A stretch of 64,000 nucleotides of DNA from an uncultured Planctomycetia bacterium (GTDB taxonomy: Bacteria; Omnitrophota; Gorgyraeia; Tantalellales; Tantalellaceae): assembly GCA_964409365.1 (NCBI GenBank), contig CAYPCX010000001.1, positions 64,684 to 128,683 on the forward strand, read 5' to 3'. Numbering within the stretch: position 1 is the first letter of the stretch; every line of letters begins with the position of its first letter. A model generated the notes under the pieces. That model saw nothing but the letters and a program-made list of their open reading frames with translations. It was not told the DNA's origin and searched no databases. This document shows, one piece after another, positions 1 to 8,923 of this stretch. A program made the position numbers and the translations under genes.

Positions 1-1356
1 GGATCCGGAAGATTGACCGAAAGCAATTTTATCCCTTTATTGCCGAACGGGCTTAATAAAGTTTTGGTTACTTCCGGTTTTGTATTTATCTCGTTCGGAG
101 GGCTTCTGAATATCGCTAGTATTTCCGGAGAAGTAAAAGACCCGGCCAGGAATATCCCCAGGGGGATGATCCTTTCAGTGCTTGCCGTTACGATAGTCTA
201 CACTGCGATATTGATAGTCGTAGTGGGAATGCTTCCGGGAGATCGTTTAGTGGGTTCACTTACTCCCATAGCGGATGCGGGGAGGATCTTATTAGGTAAG
301 GCAGGATACATCCTGGTCTCAATAGGCGCTCTATTGGCTTTTATAACGACCGCTAATGCCGGTATTATATCAGCGTCGAGGTATCCTTTGGCCTTGAGTG
401 AAGATAATCTTTTGCCATCAGCAATAAGCAGGCTTACTAAAAGGAAAAAGTCACCAGCAATAGCAATATCTCTAACAGGCATTTTTATATTTATTTGCCT
501 GCTGTTGGATCTGACCGATCTTGTCAAACTCGGCTCAGTAGTTATTTTGACTCTATATGTTCTTACCAATATAGCAGTCATCGTTCTTAGGGAAGGGAAG
601 GTGCAGAATTACAAACCAGTATTTAAGGTTCCTTTGTATCCCTGGATCAATATAACGGGTATAATATTTTTTACTTTTCTCATTATCGATATGGGGATTG
701 TAGCTGTTGAGATAAGTTTGGGGCTGTTGTTTCTTGCGTTTCTGGTGTATTTTTTATACGGAAGAAAAAGACATAAAATCGAGTATGCGCTCCTTCATGT
801 TATAGAAAGAGTTATTAACAGAAAGATCACTGACAATACTCTCGAGGAAGAACTTAAAAAGGTTATTATATCCAGGGATGAAATGACCATAGATAGGTTC
901 CACGGACTTGTCGAAAATTCAACGGTTTTAGATATTGAAGAGATAATCAAATTGGATATTTTTCTGGATATTGTTGCGGAAAAGGTTGCAGGTGAAATAG
1001 GTCTTGAGAAAAAAGAGATAATCGAACTTTTTGAGGAAAGAGAAAAAGAGGGCTCTACTGCAATTACGCCATTTGTGGCCATACCGCACATAATAATACC
1101 GGGTTCGAACAAATTTAAATTGGTGATAGCTAGATCCAGAGAGGGAATTAAGTTTTCAAGTGAAAATGATAGAGTAAGAGCCGTTTTTGTGTTATTCGGG
1201 AGCAAAGATGAAAGGGCATTTCATCTAAAGGCGCTTTCCGCTATAGCCTATATAGTACAAAATCCGCATTTTGAGAAAATATGGCTTAACGCTAAAGATA
1301 AGAATCAGTTAAAGGATATTATTCTGTTGAGCGAGCGCAAAAGATGGAATCAGTAA
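1..1356 (+). CDS. APC-family amino-acid permease (5'-partial, likely continues upstream of the window) fused to a C-terminal PTS EIIA type-2 (PtsN/EIIA-Ntr-like) domain
   Basis: ORF 13..1356 begins inside the transmembrane region (GFVFISFGGLLNIASISGEVKDPARNIPRGM, the APC signature region). The C-terminal ~150 aa (ITPFVAIPHIIIPGSNKFKLVIARSREGIKF...AFHLKALSAIAYIV) matches the EIIA-2 fold, with a His in an AIPH motif at the expected phosphorylation site. Confidence 0.65.
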   Translation, partial: GSGRLTESNFIPLLPNGLNKVLVTSGFVFISFGGLLNIASISGEVKDPARNIPRGMILSVLAVTIVYTAILIVVVGMLPGDRLVGSLTPIADAGRILLGKAGYILVSIGALLAFITTANAGIISASRYPLALSEDNLLPSAISRLTKRKKSPAIAISLTGIFIFICLLLDLTDLVKLGSVVILTLYVLTNIAVIVLREGKVQNYKPVFKVPLYPWINITGIIFFTFLIIDMGIVAVEISLGLLFLAFLVYFLYGRKRHKIEYALLHVIERVINRKITDNTLEEELKKVIISRDEMTIDRFHGLVENSTVLDIEEIIKLDIFLDIVAEKVAGEIGLEKKEIIELFEEREKEGSTAITPFVAIPHIIIPGSNKFKLVIARSREGIKFSSENDRVRAVFVLFGSKDERAFHLKALSAIAYIVQNPHFEKIWLNAKDKNQLKDIILLSERKRWNQ

Positions 1357-1508
1357 TATTTATGACGTTCGGTTGTATTGTTTTGAGAATTTAAATTAGA
1401 AATTATAACTTATTGACATAAAGAATATATGAAAAAAGTGTACATACGTACGTTCGGATGCCCCCTCGCTCGTTTCTCGAGCTTTGCTCTCGGCGCTCGC
1501 TTAGGACC

Positions 1509-1575
1509 AACCAAAAGTTTTGAGTGTGGAGGTTCCTTGCCGTGAGTAAACGGATCTTTCTCAAAACTTTCGGTT
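1509..1575 (+). other. long imperfect hairpin (16-bp arms, ~35-nt loop) in the 410-bp leader upstream of the methyltransferase gene; possible structured RNA element
   Basis: AACCAAAAGTTTTGAG (1509-1524) pairs with CTCAAAACTTTCGGTT (1560-1575) with one mismatch. A TTGACA box lies at 1413-1418 upstream. Confidence 0.25.
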
Positions 1576-1767
1576 GACCGTTGGTGTAAAGTTTACAGAC
1601 CGATTTTACAGACTCTTAGGGACATATATAATTACACGTAAGCGTTTGATTAAAGAGGTATTGCAGAAATCAGTGAGTAGGGAACCGTACGTAAGTAGAA
1701 AAATTCAGATTTGATAAAATGGAGAAATTGACGATCGAATTAAGATTGTCGTTAAGGGAGCATTGAA

Positions 1768-2529
1768 ATGAAGCAATGGTATGAGGAATTGTATGAGAAT
1801 TACGCTTATAAATACGACAAAGAGTGTTTTGTTCAGGGCACTGCAGGGGAATGTGATTTTATCGAGCAGGAGATAAATCATGATAAATCCTTAAAGATTA
1901 TAGATATCGGTTGCGGTACAGGCAGGCATGCTATCGAGTTGACAAAAAGAGGGTATGATGTGGTCGGCATAGATTTGTCTGAGCCATTGCTTAAAAGGGC
2001 AAAAGAAAAGGCCAAAGAGCAGGGGGTAGAAATTGATTTCCAAAAACATGATGCGAGAAATCTTTCATTTAAAAGCGAATTTGATCTGGCGATTATGCTA
2101 TGTGAAGGCGGTTTCTCGCTCATGGAAACGGACGAAATGAATTTTGAGATACTCAAGAACGCGACAAAAGCGCTCAAGAGTAAAAGCAAGCTTATTTTCA
2201 CCACATTAAACGGATTATTCCCGCTTTTCCATTCGGTTAAGGAATTCTATGAGTCACAGCAAAAAGAAGGCCAGTCCCAGTGTAAGGACTGCTCCTTTGA
2301 TCTGATGACTTTCCGTGATCATAACACAACGGTTATTGAAGATGATTCGGGCAATAAAAAAGAACTCAAGTGTAATGAACGCTATTATGTGCCCAGTGAG
2401 ATAACCTGGCTTCTCAAAAGTCTTGGATTCAAGAAAATTGATATCTTTGGCGCAAAACTAGGCGCTTTTTCAAGGAAGGACAAGCTAACCACCGACGATT
2501 TTGAAATGCTTGTTGTGGCAGAAAAATGA
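1768..2529 (+). CDS. class I SAM-dependent methyltransferase
   Basis: Motif I is IIDIGCGTGRHAIEL, with a D/E-containing motif II. Length is 253 aa. Confidence 0.7.
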   Translation: MKQWYEELYENYAYKYDKECFVQGTAGECDFIEQEINHDKSLKIIDIGCGTGRHAIELTKRGYDVVGIDLSEPLLKRAKEKAKEQGVEIDFQKHDARNLSFKSEFDLAIMLCEGGFSLMETDEMNFEILKNATKALKSKSKLIFTTLNGLFPLFHSVKEFYESQQKEGQSQCKDCSFDLMTFRDHNTTVIEDDSGNKKELKCNERYYVPSEITWLLKSLGFKKIDIFGAKLGAFSRKDKLTTDDFEMLVVAEK

Positions 2530-3845
2530 AAGAAAACAATAAAAAAGTTTACATTCGGACCCTGGGATGCCAGATGAACGAAAGGGATTCCGAGCTCATC
2601 GCCGGAATGCTGATGGAGAAGGGGTACGAGATAGCGGTTGATCCGGAGAAGGCCGATATTGTCCTTTTCAACACCTGCAGTGTGCGTCAGCACGCCGAGG
2701 ACCGGGTGATAGGGAACATACAGAAGCTTTCTTCCAGGAAGAAAAAAGATGCTGATCTTAAGATCGGCGTTCTCGGTTGTATGGCCCAGCGGCACGGCGA
2801 GATGCTCTTCAAGGAATACCCGCAGGTGGACATCGTTATCGGCCCGAGCAACATTTATGACATACCCGATCTCCTTTCGAAGGTATTCGATCAGGAGAAG
2901 ATACTTGCCGTGGACAGGAAGAGACGCCCACGCAAGAAGGGCAGTGCCGGGTACCGCGCGGGTGTGTTCTCGGCATATGTCAATATCATGTACGGCTGCG
3001 ACAATTTCTGTTCTTATTGCATAGTGCCGTACGTGCGGGGCCGTGAGGTATCGCGCCCCAGGAAGGACATAGTCGACGAGGTAAAAGAACTTTCGGATAA
3101 AGGGTTTAAAGAAGTTACCCTTCTCGGGCAGAACGTCAATTCCTACGGCAAAGGGCTGAGCAGTAAGATAAGGTTCCCGGACCTCCTGGAAGCGGTGAAC
3201 AAGGTGAAGGGGATAGAGCGGATACGCTTTACGACCAGCCACCCGAAGGATGCGGGCCGGACCCTCTTTAAGGCAATGCGCGATCTGGAAAAAGTGTGCG
3301 AGAGCCTGCACCTGCCTTTACAGTCGGGGTCTGATAAGGTACTGGACCTCATGAACAGAAAGTACACGTATGCGGATTACAAAGGGAAGATCGATCTGGT
3401 AAGGGACCTGGTGCCCGGTGTGGGTTTAAGCGCGGATATACTTGTCGGGTTCCCGTCCGAGAAAGAAAAGGACTTTCAGGCCACGCGCCGGGCCCTTGAG
3501 GAGATAGGCTATAACTCAGCGTTCATTTTCAAGTATTCGCCCCGTCCGCCGGCATTATCGTCGTCTCTGGTGGATGACGTTGACGAGACGGTTAAAAAGA
3601 CGCGCAATAATGACCTCCTGGAGGTCCAGAAGAGAATATCACAGGAAAAGAACAGGGCTATGATGGGCACCGAGCAGGAAGTCCTGGTGGAAGGGAAGAG
3701 CAGGATGTCCGGAAAGCAGCTCATGGGCCGGACAAGGAACAACACGCCCTGCGTTTTTGACGGAAACGAAGATTTGATCGGCCGGCTTGTGCGCGTGCGT
3801 ATCAGAGGGGCCAGTCCGTTCACCCTTAAAGGAGAGCTGTTATGA
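2526..3845 (+). CDS. miaB: tRNA (N6-isopentenyl-A37) 2-methylthiotransferase, MiaB/RimO radical-SAM methylthiotransferase family
   Basis: N-terminal MTTase domain (YIRTLGCQMNERDSE...NTCSVRQHAEDR), radical SAM cysteine cluster (GCDNFCSYCIVPYVRG) and a C-terminal TRAM-like domain. ATGA start/stop overlap with the upstream gene. Confidence 0.85.
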   Translation: MKENNKKVYIRTLGCQMNERDSELIAGMLMEKGYEIAVDPEKADIVLFNTCSVRQHAEDRVIGNIQKLSSRKKKDADLKIGVLGCMAQRHGEMLFKEYPQVDIVIGPSNIYDIPDLLSKVFDQEKILAVDRKRRPRKKGSAGYRAGVFSAYVNIMYGCDNFCSYCIVPYVRGREVSRPRKDIVDEVKELSDKGFKEVTLLGQNVNSYGKGLSSKIRFPDLLEAVNKVKGIERIRFTTSHPKDAGRTLFKAMRDLEKVCESLHLPLQSGSDKVLDLMNRKYTYADYKGKIDLVRDLVPGVGLSADILVGFPSEKEKDFQATRRALEEIGYNSAFIFKYSPRPPALSSSLVDDVDETVKKTRNNDLLEVQKRISQEKNRAMMGTEQEVLVEGKSRMSGKQLMGRTRNNTPCVFDGNEDLIGRLVRVRIRGASPFTLKGELL

Positions 3846-4648
3846 AGGATATGATCCCCGATCTTATTAAGATCGTCCGCAGGGCCGGCGAGGCGATACT
3901 TGAGGTTTACAATGCCGCGGACTTTTCGGTCGAGTATAAACCGGATGAGTCACCGCTTACCGAGGCCGATATGAGGTCTAACAGGATCATTCTTGAAGGA
4001 CTCGGGAAAATCACCCCGGATATCCCCATTATCTCAGAGGAGAGCAAAGATGTGCCTTATGAACAGAGAAGCTCCTGGGATAAGTTCTGGCTGGTCGACC
4101 CCCTTGACGGGACAAAAGAATTCATTAACCGCAACGGCGAGTTCACCGTCAACATCGCTCTTGTCGAGGATATTACTCCGGTATTGGGTGTTATTCTTGT
4201 ACCTGTAAAAGGTGACATATTCATCGGCGAAAAAGATAAAGGTTCATATCGGTTGCCCGTTTCAGGGGAAGACAAAGTCCGTATCGAGGCCAGAAAAGGA
4301 CTTCCCGAAAAACTGACAGCGGTGGCGAGCCGTTCACACCTTTCGGATAAGGCCAGGATATTCCTGGAGAACATGTACTCCGACATGATCAACGCGGGCA
4401 GTGCTCTTAAGTTCACGCTTGTCGCCGGAGGGGAAGCGGACCTTTACCCGCGTTTCGGACCTACATGGGAATGGGATACGGCCGCCGGGCACGCGATAGC
4501 CGAAGCCGCCGGCGCGGTAGTCTGCGATCTCAGGGGGAACAGTCTCAGCTATAACAAAAAAGTGCTTAAGCATGAGGGTTTTCTTGTATGTGCTCCGGGG
4601 GTAAAAGACAAGGCCTTGGAAGAAATCTCGAACATAACGAATTTGTAG
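3842..4648 (+). CDS. cysQ: 3'(2'),5'-bisphosphate nucleotidase, inositol-monophosphatase family
   Basis: WLVDPLDGTKEFINRNGEFTVNIALVE signature. 268 aa. Confidence 0.8.
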   Translation: MKDMIPDLIKIVRRAGEAILEVYNAADFSVEYKPDESPLTEADMRSNRIILEGLGKITPDIPIISEESKDVPYEQRSSWDKFWLVDPLDGTKEFINRNGEFTVNIALVEDITPVLGVILVPVKGDIFIGEKDKGSYRLPVSGEDKVRIEARKGLPEKLTAVASRSHLSDKARIFLENMYSDMINAGSALKFTLVAGGEADLYPRFGPTWEWDTAAGHAIAEAAGAVVCDLRGNSLSYNKKVLKHEGFLVCAPGVKDKALEEISNITNL

Positions 4649-4653
4649 TCTAT

Positions 4654-4688
4654 AGTCCACAGTCGACTGTCGACAGTGGACTGTCGAC
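4654..4688. promoter_or_regulatory. near-perfect palindrome containing three GTCGAC cores, between cysQ and miaA; candidate operator or processing site
   Basis: AGTCCACAGTCGACTGTCGACAGTGGACTGTCGAC. The outer arms AGTCCAC/GTGGACT flank two self-complementary GTCGAC hexamers. No T-tract follows. Confidence 0.3.
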
Positions 4689-4697
4689 GGATTTACC

Positions 4698-5606
4698 ATG
4701 AAAAACACTGTCATCTTCATCGTCGGTCCGACCTCTTCCGGTAAGAGTGCAGTCGCGGCCGCTCTCGCGGAAAGGGTCGGCGGTGAAGTCATCTCCTGCG
4801 ACTCCATGCAGGTCTACAGGGACATGGATGTGCTGACGCGGGCTCCGGGCGAAGAGATGCTGGCTCGGGTCAGACATCACCTGGTAAAGGTCCTCGCCCC
4901 GGAAGAAGAATACAGCGCCGCCCGTTTTGCCGAAGAAAGCGCGTCTTTGATAGAATGCGTTCTTGCGGAAGGGAAGATACCCGTGGTCACGGGCGGTACG
5001 GGGCTTTATATGAAGTCCCTGGTGGACGGTATATTTCCCTCGCCTCCGAAGGATGAAGAGCTTAGAAAGAACCTGAGAGAACTGGCCGTACAAAAGGGCA
5101 ATGAGTATCTGTACGAGCGCCTCGGGGAGATCGATCCTGAAACGGCCGCGAAACTTCACCCGAACGATACAAAAAGGATCATAAGGGCGCTGGAAGTGTA
5201 CGAGCTTACGGGCCGGACGATATGCGAAAAAAAGAGAACCACCGAAGGTATCTCGTCAAAATATGACTGCCGGATCTTCGGCCTGGAGATACCAAGGGGT
5301 ATGTTGAACAGGCGGATAGGACTTTCGGTCGACAGGATGTTCGAGAAAGGTCTCGTGGAGGAAGTGGAACGGCTGAAGGAGCGGAACTTGAGCCTGACCG
5401 CGGGAAAGGCCCTCGGAATAAAGGAGATAAGCGCGTATCTTGACGGCCGGATAAGCATGAAAGAAGCTTCGGAAGAATTGAAGAAGAACACCAGGCAGTA
5501 CGCGAAACGGCAGCTTACGTGGTTCAGGGGCGACGAACGGATCATATGGATAGACGCTACTCGCGATGTCGCGGAGATCGTTAACGATATCGCGGGTCGA
5601 ATATAG
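4698..5606 (+). CDS. miaA: tRNA dimethylallyltransferase
   Basis: P-loop IFIVGPTSSGKSAVAAALA, ISCDSMQVYRDMDVLT, and the C-terminal RQLTWFR motif. Confidence 0.85.
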   Translation: MKNTVIFIVGPTSSGKSAVAAALAERVGGEVISCDSMQVYRDMDVLTRAPGEEMLARVRHHLVKVLAPEEEYSAARFAEESASLIECVLAEGKIPVVTGGTGLYMKSLVDGIFPSPPKDEELRKNLRELAVQKGNEYLYERLGEIDPETAAKLHPNDTKRIIRALEVYELTGRTICEKKRTTEGISSKYDCRIFGLEIPRGMLNRRIGLSVDRMFEKGLVEEVERLKERNLSLTAGKALGIKEISAYLDGRISMKEASEELKKNTRQYAKRQLTWFRGDERIIWIDATRDVAEIVNDIAGRI

Positions 5607-5612
5607 AAAATA

Positions 5613-6947
5613 ATGGTGACACGTTGTGCCAATGGTTTGCGCTACTACTGCCAACCTGTCACCTCCAAAGTTATGGTAACGACTAAGTCGACTACAAAGA
5701 AGCCCGAAAAAGCCATCCTCGTGACCGTCGAGGAGATCGGCAAAGAGACCTGGAAGCTCGAGGACAGGCAGGAAGAGCTCAGGCGCCTTACGGAATCCTG
5801 CGGCGTCCAGATAGCGGGGGAGAACGTTTGCCGGCGCAAGGCCCTGACGTCCAACCTGTTGATAGGAAAGGGTAAGGTCGAGGAAATAGCGGAAATGGTG
5901 CGGGGGGCAGGAGCGGACGCCGTCATATTCAGCGACGATCTTTCTCCTTCCCAGCAGAAGAACCTGGAAGAGGTCATAACGGCAAAAACGATCGACAGGA
6001 CGCAGCTTATACTTGATATATTCGCGCACAGGGCCACTTCCAACGAGGGGAAGGTCCAGGTGGAGCTTGCGCAACTCGTGTATCTTCTGCCGCGGTTGAG
6101 CGGGCAGGGCATACAGCTCTCGCGGCTCGGCGGCGGCCTTGGCACAAGGGGCCCCGGCGAGCAGAAACTGGAAGTGGACAGGAGGCGGGTACGTGAACGC
6201 ATAGATAAACTTAAAAAGCAGCTAAAAGACATAACCCGCCAGCGTGAACTGAGAAGATCGCAGAGAGAGAAGTTCTCCATGCTGACCATCGCTCTTGTGG
6301 GATATACCAATTCCGGCAAATCGACGCTCTTCAACGCCCTGACGGACGCGGGTGTTAAGGTAAGGGACCAGCTTTTCAGTACGCTGGACCCGACCGTCAG
6401 AAAAATGACGCTGCCCAACAAACAGACGGTCCTGCTTTCGGATACGGTAGGATTCCTGCATGAACTTCCCCATCACTTAATAGAAAGTTTCAAGGCCACC
6501 CTGGAGGAGGTTATAGGAGCGGATATCCTGTTCCACGTGGCTGACATGAGCGACGGCCGGATAGAAGAACAGAAGGCCGCGGTGAACACCGTGCTGGGGG
6601 AGCTCGGTGTACAGGATAAGCCCATTTTCACCGTCCTGAACAAATCGGACCTCGTGCCTGAGGAGATCGAGAGGTTCAGGCTTGAACGTAAATTCGAAAA
6701 TCCCGTTATGATATCAGCACTTAAAGGTGAAGGGCTTACGGACCTCAAGGACCTTATCGTGCGTTACATCCAGAAGGACATGGAGGATATCGAACTTTTT
6801 TTACCCCATAAATACTATTCTCTTGCCAAGCTGATCCGCGAGAGCGGAAAAGTGAGGAAAGAGGAGTACCGCGACAAGGGCCTTTTCATCAGCGCCCGTG
6901 TCCCTAAAAAGGTAAAATACTCCATTTTTAAGAAATTGAAACAGTAA
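5613..6947 (+). CDS. hflX: GTPase HflX
   Basis: HflX N-domain ([21 protein letters not shown]), G-domain G1 (GYTNSGKST), G3 (DTVGF), G4 (NKSD). An alternative, more likely start is the ATG at 5673 ([19 protein letters not shown]). Confidence 0.85.
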   Translation: MVTRCANGLRYYCQPVTSKVMVTTKSTTKKPEKAILVTVEEIGKETWKLEDRQEELRRLTESCGVQIAGENVCRRKALTSNLLIGKGKVEEIAEMVRGAGADAVIFSDDLSPSQQKNLEEVITAKTIDRTQLILDIFAHRATSNEGKVQVELAQLVYLLPRLSGQGIQLSRLGGGLGTRGPGEQKLEVDRRRVRERIDKLKKQLKDITRQRELRRSQREKFSMLTIALVGYTNSGKSTLFNALTDAGVKVRDQLFSTLDPTVRKMTLPNKQTVLLSDTVGFLHELPHHLIESFKATLEEVIGADILFHVADMSDGRIEEQKAAVNTVLGELGVQDKPIFTVLNKSDLVPEEIERFRLERKFENPVMISALKGEGLTDLKDLIVRYIQKDMEDIELFLPHKYYSLAKLIRESGKVRKEEYRDKGLFISARVPKKVKYSIFKKLKQ

Positions 6948-7150
6948 CCAGTTCCCAGTAACCAGTAACAAGGAAAAAGGAAAAAGTATCAAGGGTAAAG
7001 TAACCAGTGACCAGTAAACAGTTTCCAGTAGCCAGACATCTAATATCCAAGATCTAACATCTAATATCTAACACCCCTCTAGCATCTACGTCTTTCTGTT
7101 TTCTGTAACCTGTGACCTGCCACCTGAGACCTGGGACCTGACGCCTGAAA
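6944..7150. repeat. intergenic block of short degenerate tandem repeats (AACCAGT-like, ATCTAACAT-like, CCTGRGACCTG-like families)
   Basis: Read directly: ccagtaaccagtaacaagg...gtaaccagtgaccagtaaacagtttccagtagccag; atctaatatccaagatctaacatctaatatctaac; cctgtgacctgccacctgagacctgggacctgacgcctgaaac. Confidence 0.8.
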
Positions 7151-7154
7151 CCCC

Positions 7155-7182
7155 TTGACAACAGGGGTGAGAGTGGTATAAT
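7155..7182 (+). promoter_or_regulatory. sigma70-type promoter of the hrcA-grpE-dnaK-dnaJ operon
   Basis: TTGACA (7155-7160), 16-nt spacer, TATAAT (7177-7182). Confidence 0.7.
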
Positions 7183-7209
7183 TTAGCACTCGGACTTAAC
7201 GAGTGCTAA
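7183..7209 (+). promoter_or_regulatory. CIRCE operator (HrcA binding site), perfect consensus
   Basis: TTAGCACTC-N9-GAGTGCTAA immediately downstream of the -10 box and 30 nt upstream of the hrcA start. Confidence 0.9.
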
Positions 7210-7238
7210 ACAAGCCGGTTTTACTCATACGATAAAAC

Positions 7239-8294
7239 ATGAATATCCTGAAGAAAGAAGAAAGAAAATTCAATGTTCTCGGACATGTGGTGAGCGAATT
7301 CGTGTCTACGGCCGCGCCCGTCAGTTCGAAACTGGTGGCCCGCAGGATGGGAGGGAAGATCTCCAGCGCTACCGTGAGGAATATAATGGCCGAACTGGAG
7401 GAGCAGGGTTATATAGAACAGCCGCACACGTCCGCGGGGCGTATTCCCACCCATAACGGTTACAGGCAGTATGTGGATGCCGTCGTGGACAAGATCAGGG
7501 TAGAGAAAAGAGAAGCCGAGAGGCTCGCGAAGGAGTATACGCGCAGGATCCGCACCATGAAAGAGGTCATCGAGAGGACCTCATATCTTTTAAGCAGGGA
7601 GCTGCATAACGCCGGTATCGTCATGTGGCCCAGCGTGGAGGATTTTTATCTCAAGCACATGGAACTGGTCAAGGTCAGGGCGGAGACCGTTCTTGCCGTC
7701 ATGGTGACGATGACCAACGCCGTGAAGAATTACGTCGTCAGGCTCGACAGGGAACTGAGAAAACCGGAACTTGAACGCGTCGCCAATTTCATCAATTCCA
7801 ATTATGAGAGCGCTAATTTTTCCCGTATTTCTGAAGACCTCAGACAAACGCTGAAGACCCGGCAGGTCGGGCAGGAAGAAGAGATCGTCGGCCTTGCCGG
7901 GAACGCTTTGAGGGTGATCGATACCATCATGGAGGATAACATCGAGAACGAGATCTGCTGGGACGGGCTCGACTATTTCATGGAGAACAGGGAATTCCGC
8001 GACCTTGACGTTACAAAACGCATACTGCATATCTTTTCAGAGAGAAGGGATCTCATGCGTCTTATGAGGAGGGAGCTCCCTTACGGAGGCCTGAAGACGT
8101 ACATAGGCGAAGAATGCTCAAGCGAGATGCTGAGAGACTGCAGTCTTATCACCTGCGGGTATACCTTGCGCGACAGGGCGGTGGGGCGCATAGGTATCAT
8201 AGGCCCCACCAGGATGGATTATGAGCGCGCGCTCAGGACGGTAAGCTGCCTGGCGCGTGTGATAAGCACAAAACTTGAAGAGATAGACAGTTAG
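7239..8294 (+). CDS. hrcA: heat-inducible transcription repressor HrcA
   Basis: N-terminal winged-helix (VLGHVVSEFVSTAAPVSSKLVARRMGGKISSATVRNIMAELEEQGYIEQPHTSAGRIPT). 351 aa. CIRCE upstream. Confidence 0.9.
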   Translation: MNILKKEERKFNVLGHVVSEFVSTAAPVSSKLVARRMGGKISSATVRNIMAELEEQGYIEQPHTSAGRIPTHNGYRQYVDAVVDKIRVEKREAERLAKEYTRRIRTMKEVIERTSYLLSRELHNAGIVMWPSVEDFYLKHMELVKVRAETVLAVMVTMTNAVKNYVVRLDRELRKPELERVANFINSNYESANFSRISEDLRQTLKTRQVGQEEEIVGLAGNALRVIDTIMEDNIENEICWDGLDYFMENREFRDLDVTKRILHIFSERRDLMRLMRRELPYGGLKTYIGEECSSEMLRDCSLITCGYTLRDRAVGRIGIIGPTRMDYERALRTVSCLARVISTKLEEIDS

Positions 8295-8303
8295 AGGAGA
8301 GAG

Positions 8304-8852
8304 ATGACGGGCAAGGAAAAGCACAAAAAACACGAAGTCGAGATAAAAGTCCCGGAAAAAGAGTACGAAGAGCTGAAAAAAAAGGCGGAAGAGAGGGACG
8401 GGTATTACGACAAATGGCTTAAAGTGCATGCTGAGTTCGAGAATACGCGCAAACGTATGGAGAAGGAAAAAACGGAGCATATGAAGTTCGCCAACGAAGA
8501 CATCATTTTTCAGCTGTTCCCCATAGTGGACAATTTCGATATGGCCCTGGGCGCCATGGAAAAAGCGGAAGACAAAGAAGCCGTCATGGACGGCATCAGG
8601 CTGGTGCAGAAGGAATTCCACAGGATACTCGACGAGAACGGCGTGGAAAAGATAAAGACCGAAGGGGAGCGGTTCGACCCGAACGTGCACGAAGCCGTGT
8701 CGGTCGTGGAGACGGACGACGAGCCGGACGGGCTTATCCTGGAGGAGGTCCGTTCCGGTTATATGTTGAACAAGCGGCTTTTACGCCCCGCGCAGGTCAG
8801 GGTAGCAAAGAATGAATCAGAAGGCAGAGGACAGAGGACAGAGGACAGATAA
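8304..8852 (+). CDS. grpE: nucleotide exchange factor GrpE; C-terminal 12 aa (SEGRGQRTEDR) are encoded by a GACAGAG heptamer repeat
   Basis: GrpE core (WLKVHAEFENTRKRMEKEK...IVDNFD...DPNVHEAV). The stop codon lies inside the (A)GAGGACAG tandem repeat at 8821-8852. Confidence 0.9.
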   Translation: MTGKEKHKKHEVEIKVPEKEYEELKKKAEERDGYYDKWLKVHAEFENTRKRMEKEKTEHMKFANEDIIFQLFPIVDNFDMALGAMEKAEDKEAVMDGIRLVQKEFHRILDENGVEKIKTEGERFDPNVHEAVSVVETDDEPDGLILEEVRSGYMLNKRLLRPAQVRVAKNESEGRGQRTEDR

Positions 8853-8870
8853 TCTGACTTCTGACTTTTG
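8821..8870. repeat. GACAGAG-type heptamer tandem repeat plus TCTGACT microrepeat spanning the grpE stop
   Basis: aaggcagaggacagaggacagaggacagataatctgacttctgactttt. Confidence 0.85.
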
Positions 8871-8923
8871 TTTTTCGGAACTTGTTTGGATCTGTTAAAA
8901 TCTTAAGAGCAGGAGGTAAAAAG

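Noticed and set aside
2385..3311. Long antisense ORFs (for example 2385..3311, 5256..6074, 19501..21297, 24974..26215, 31488..33059, 61195..62262 on the minus strand)
   Set aside because: All lie opposite well-supported plus-strand genes with recognisable domains. Stop-poor reverse frames of this kind are expected in high-GC coding DNA. None shows a recognisable domain or an RBS.
8882..8923. dnaK start at 8882 ([18 protein letters not shown]...)
   Set aside because: The canonical DnaK N-terminus [14 protein letters not shown] begins at the ATG at 8924, which is preceded by AGGAGGT. The upstream extension is not conserved in Hsp70.
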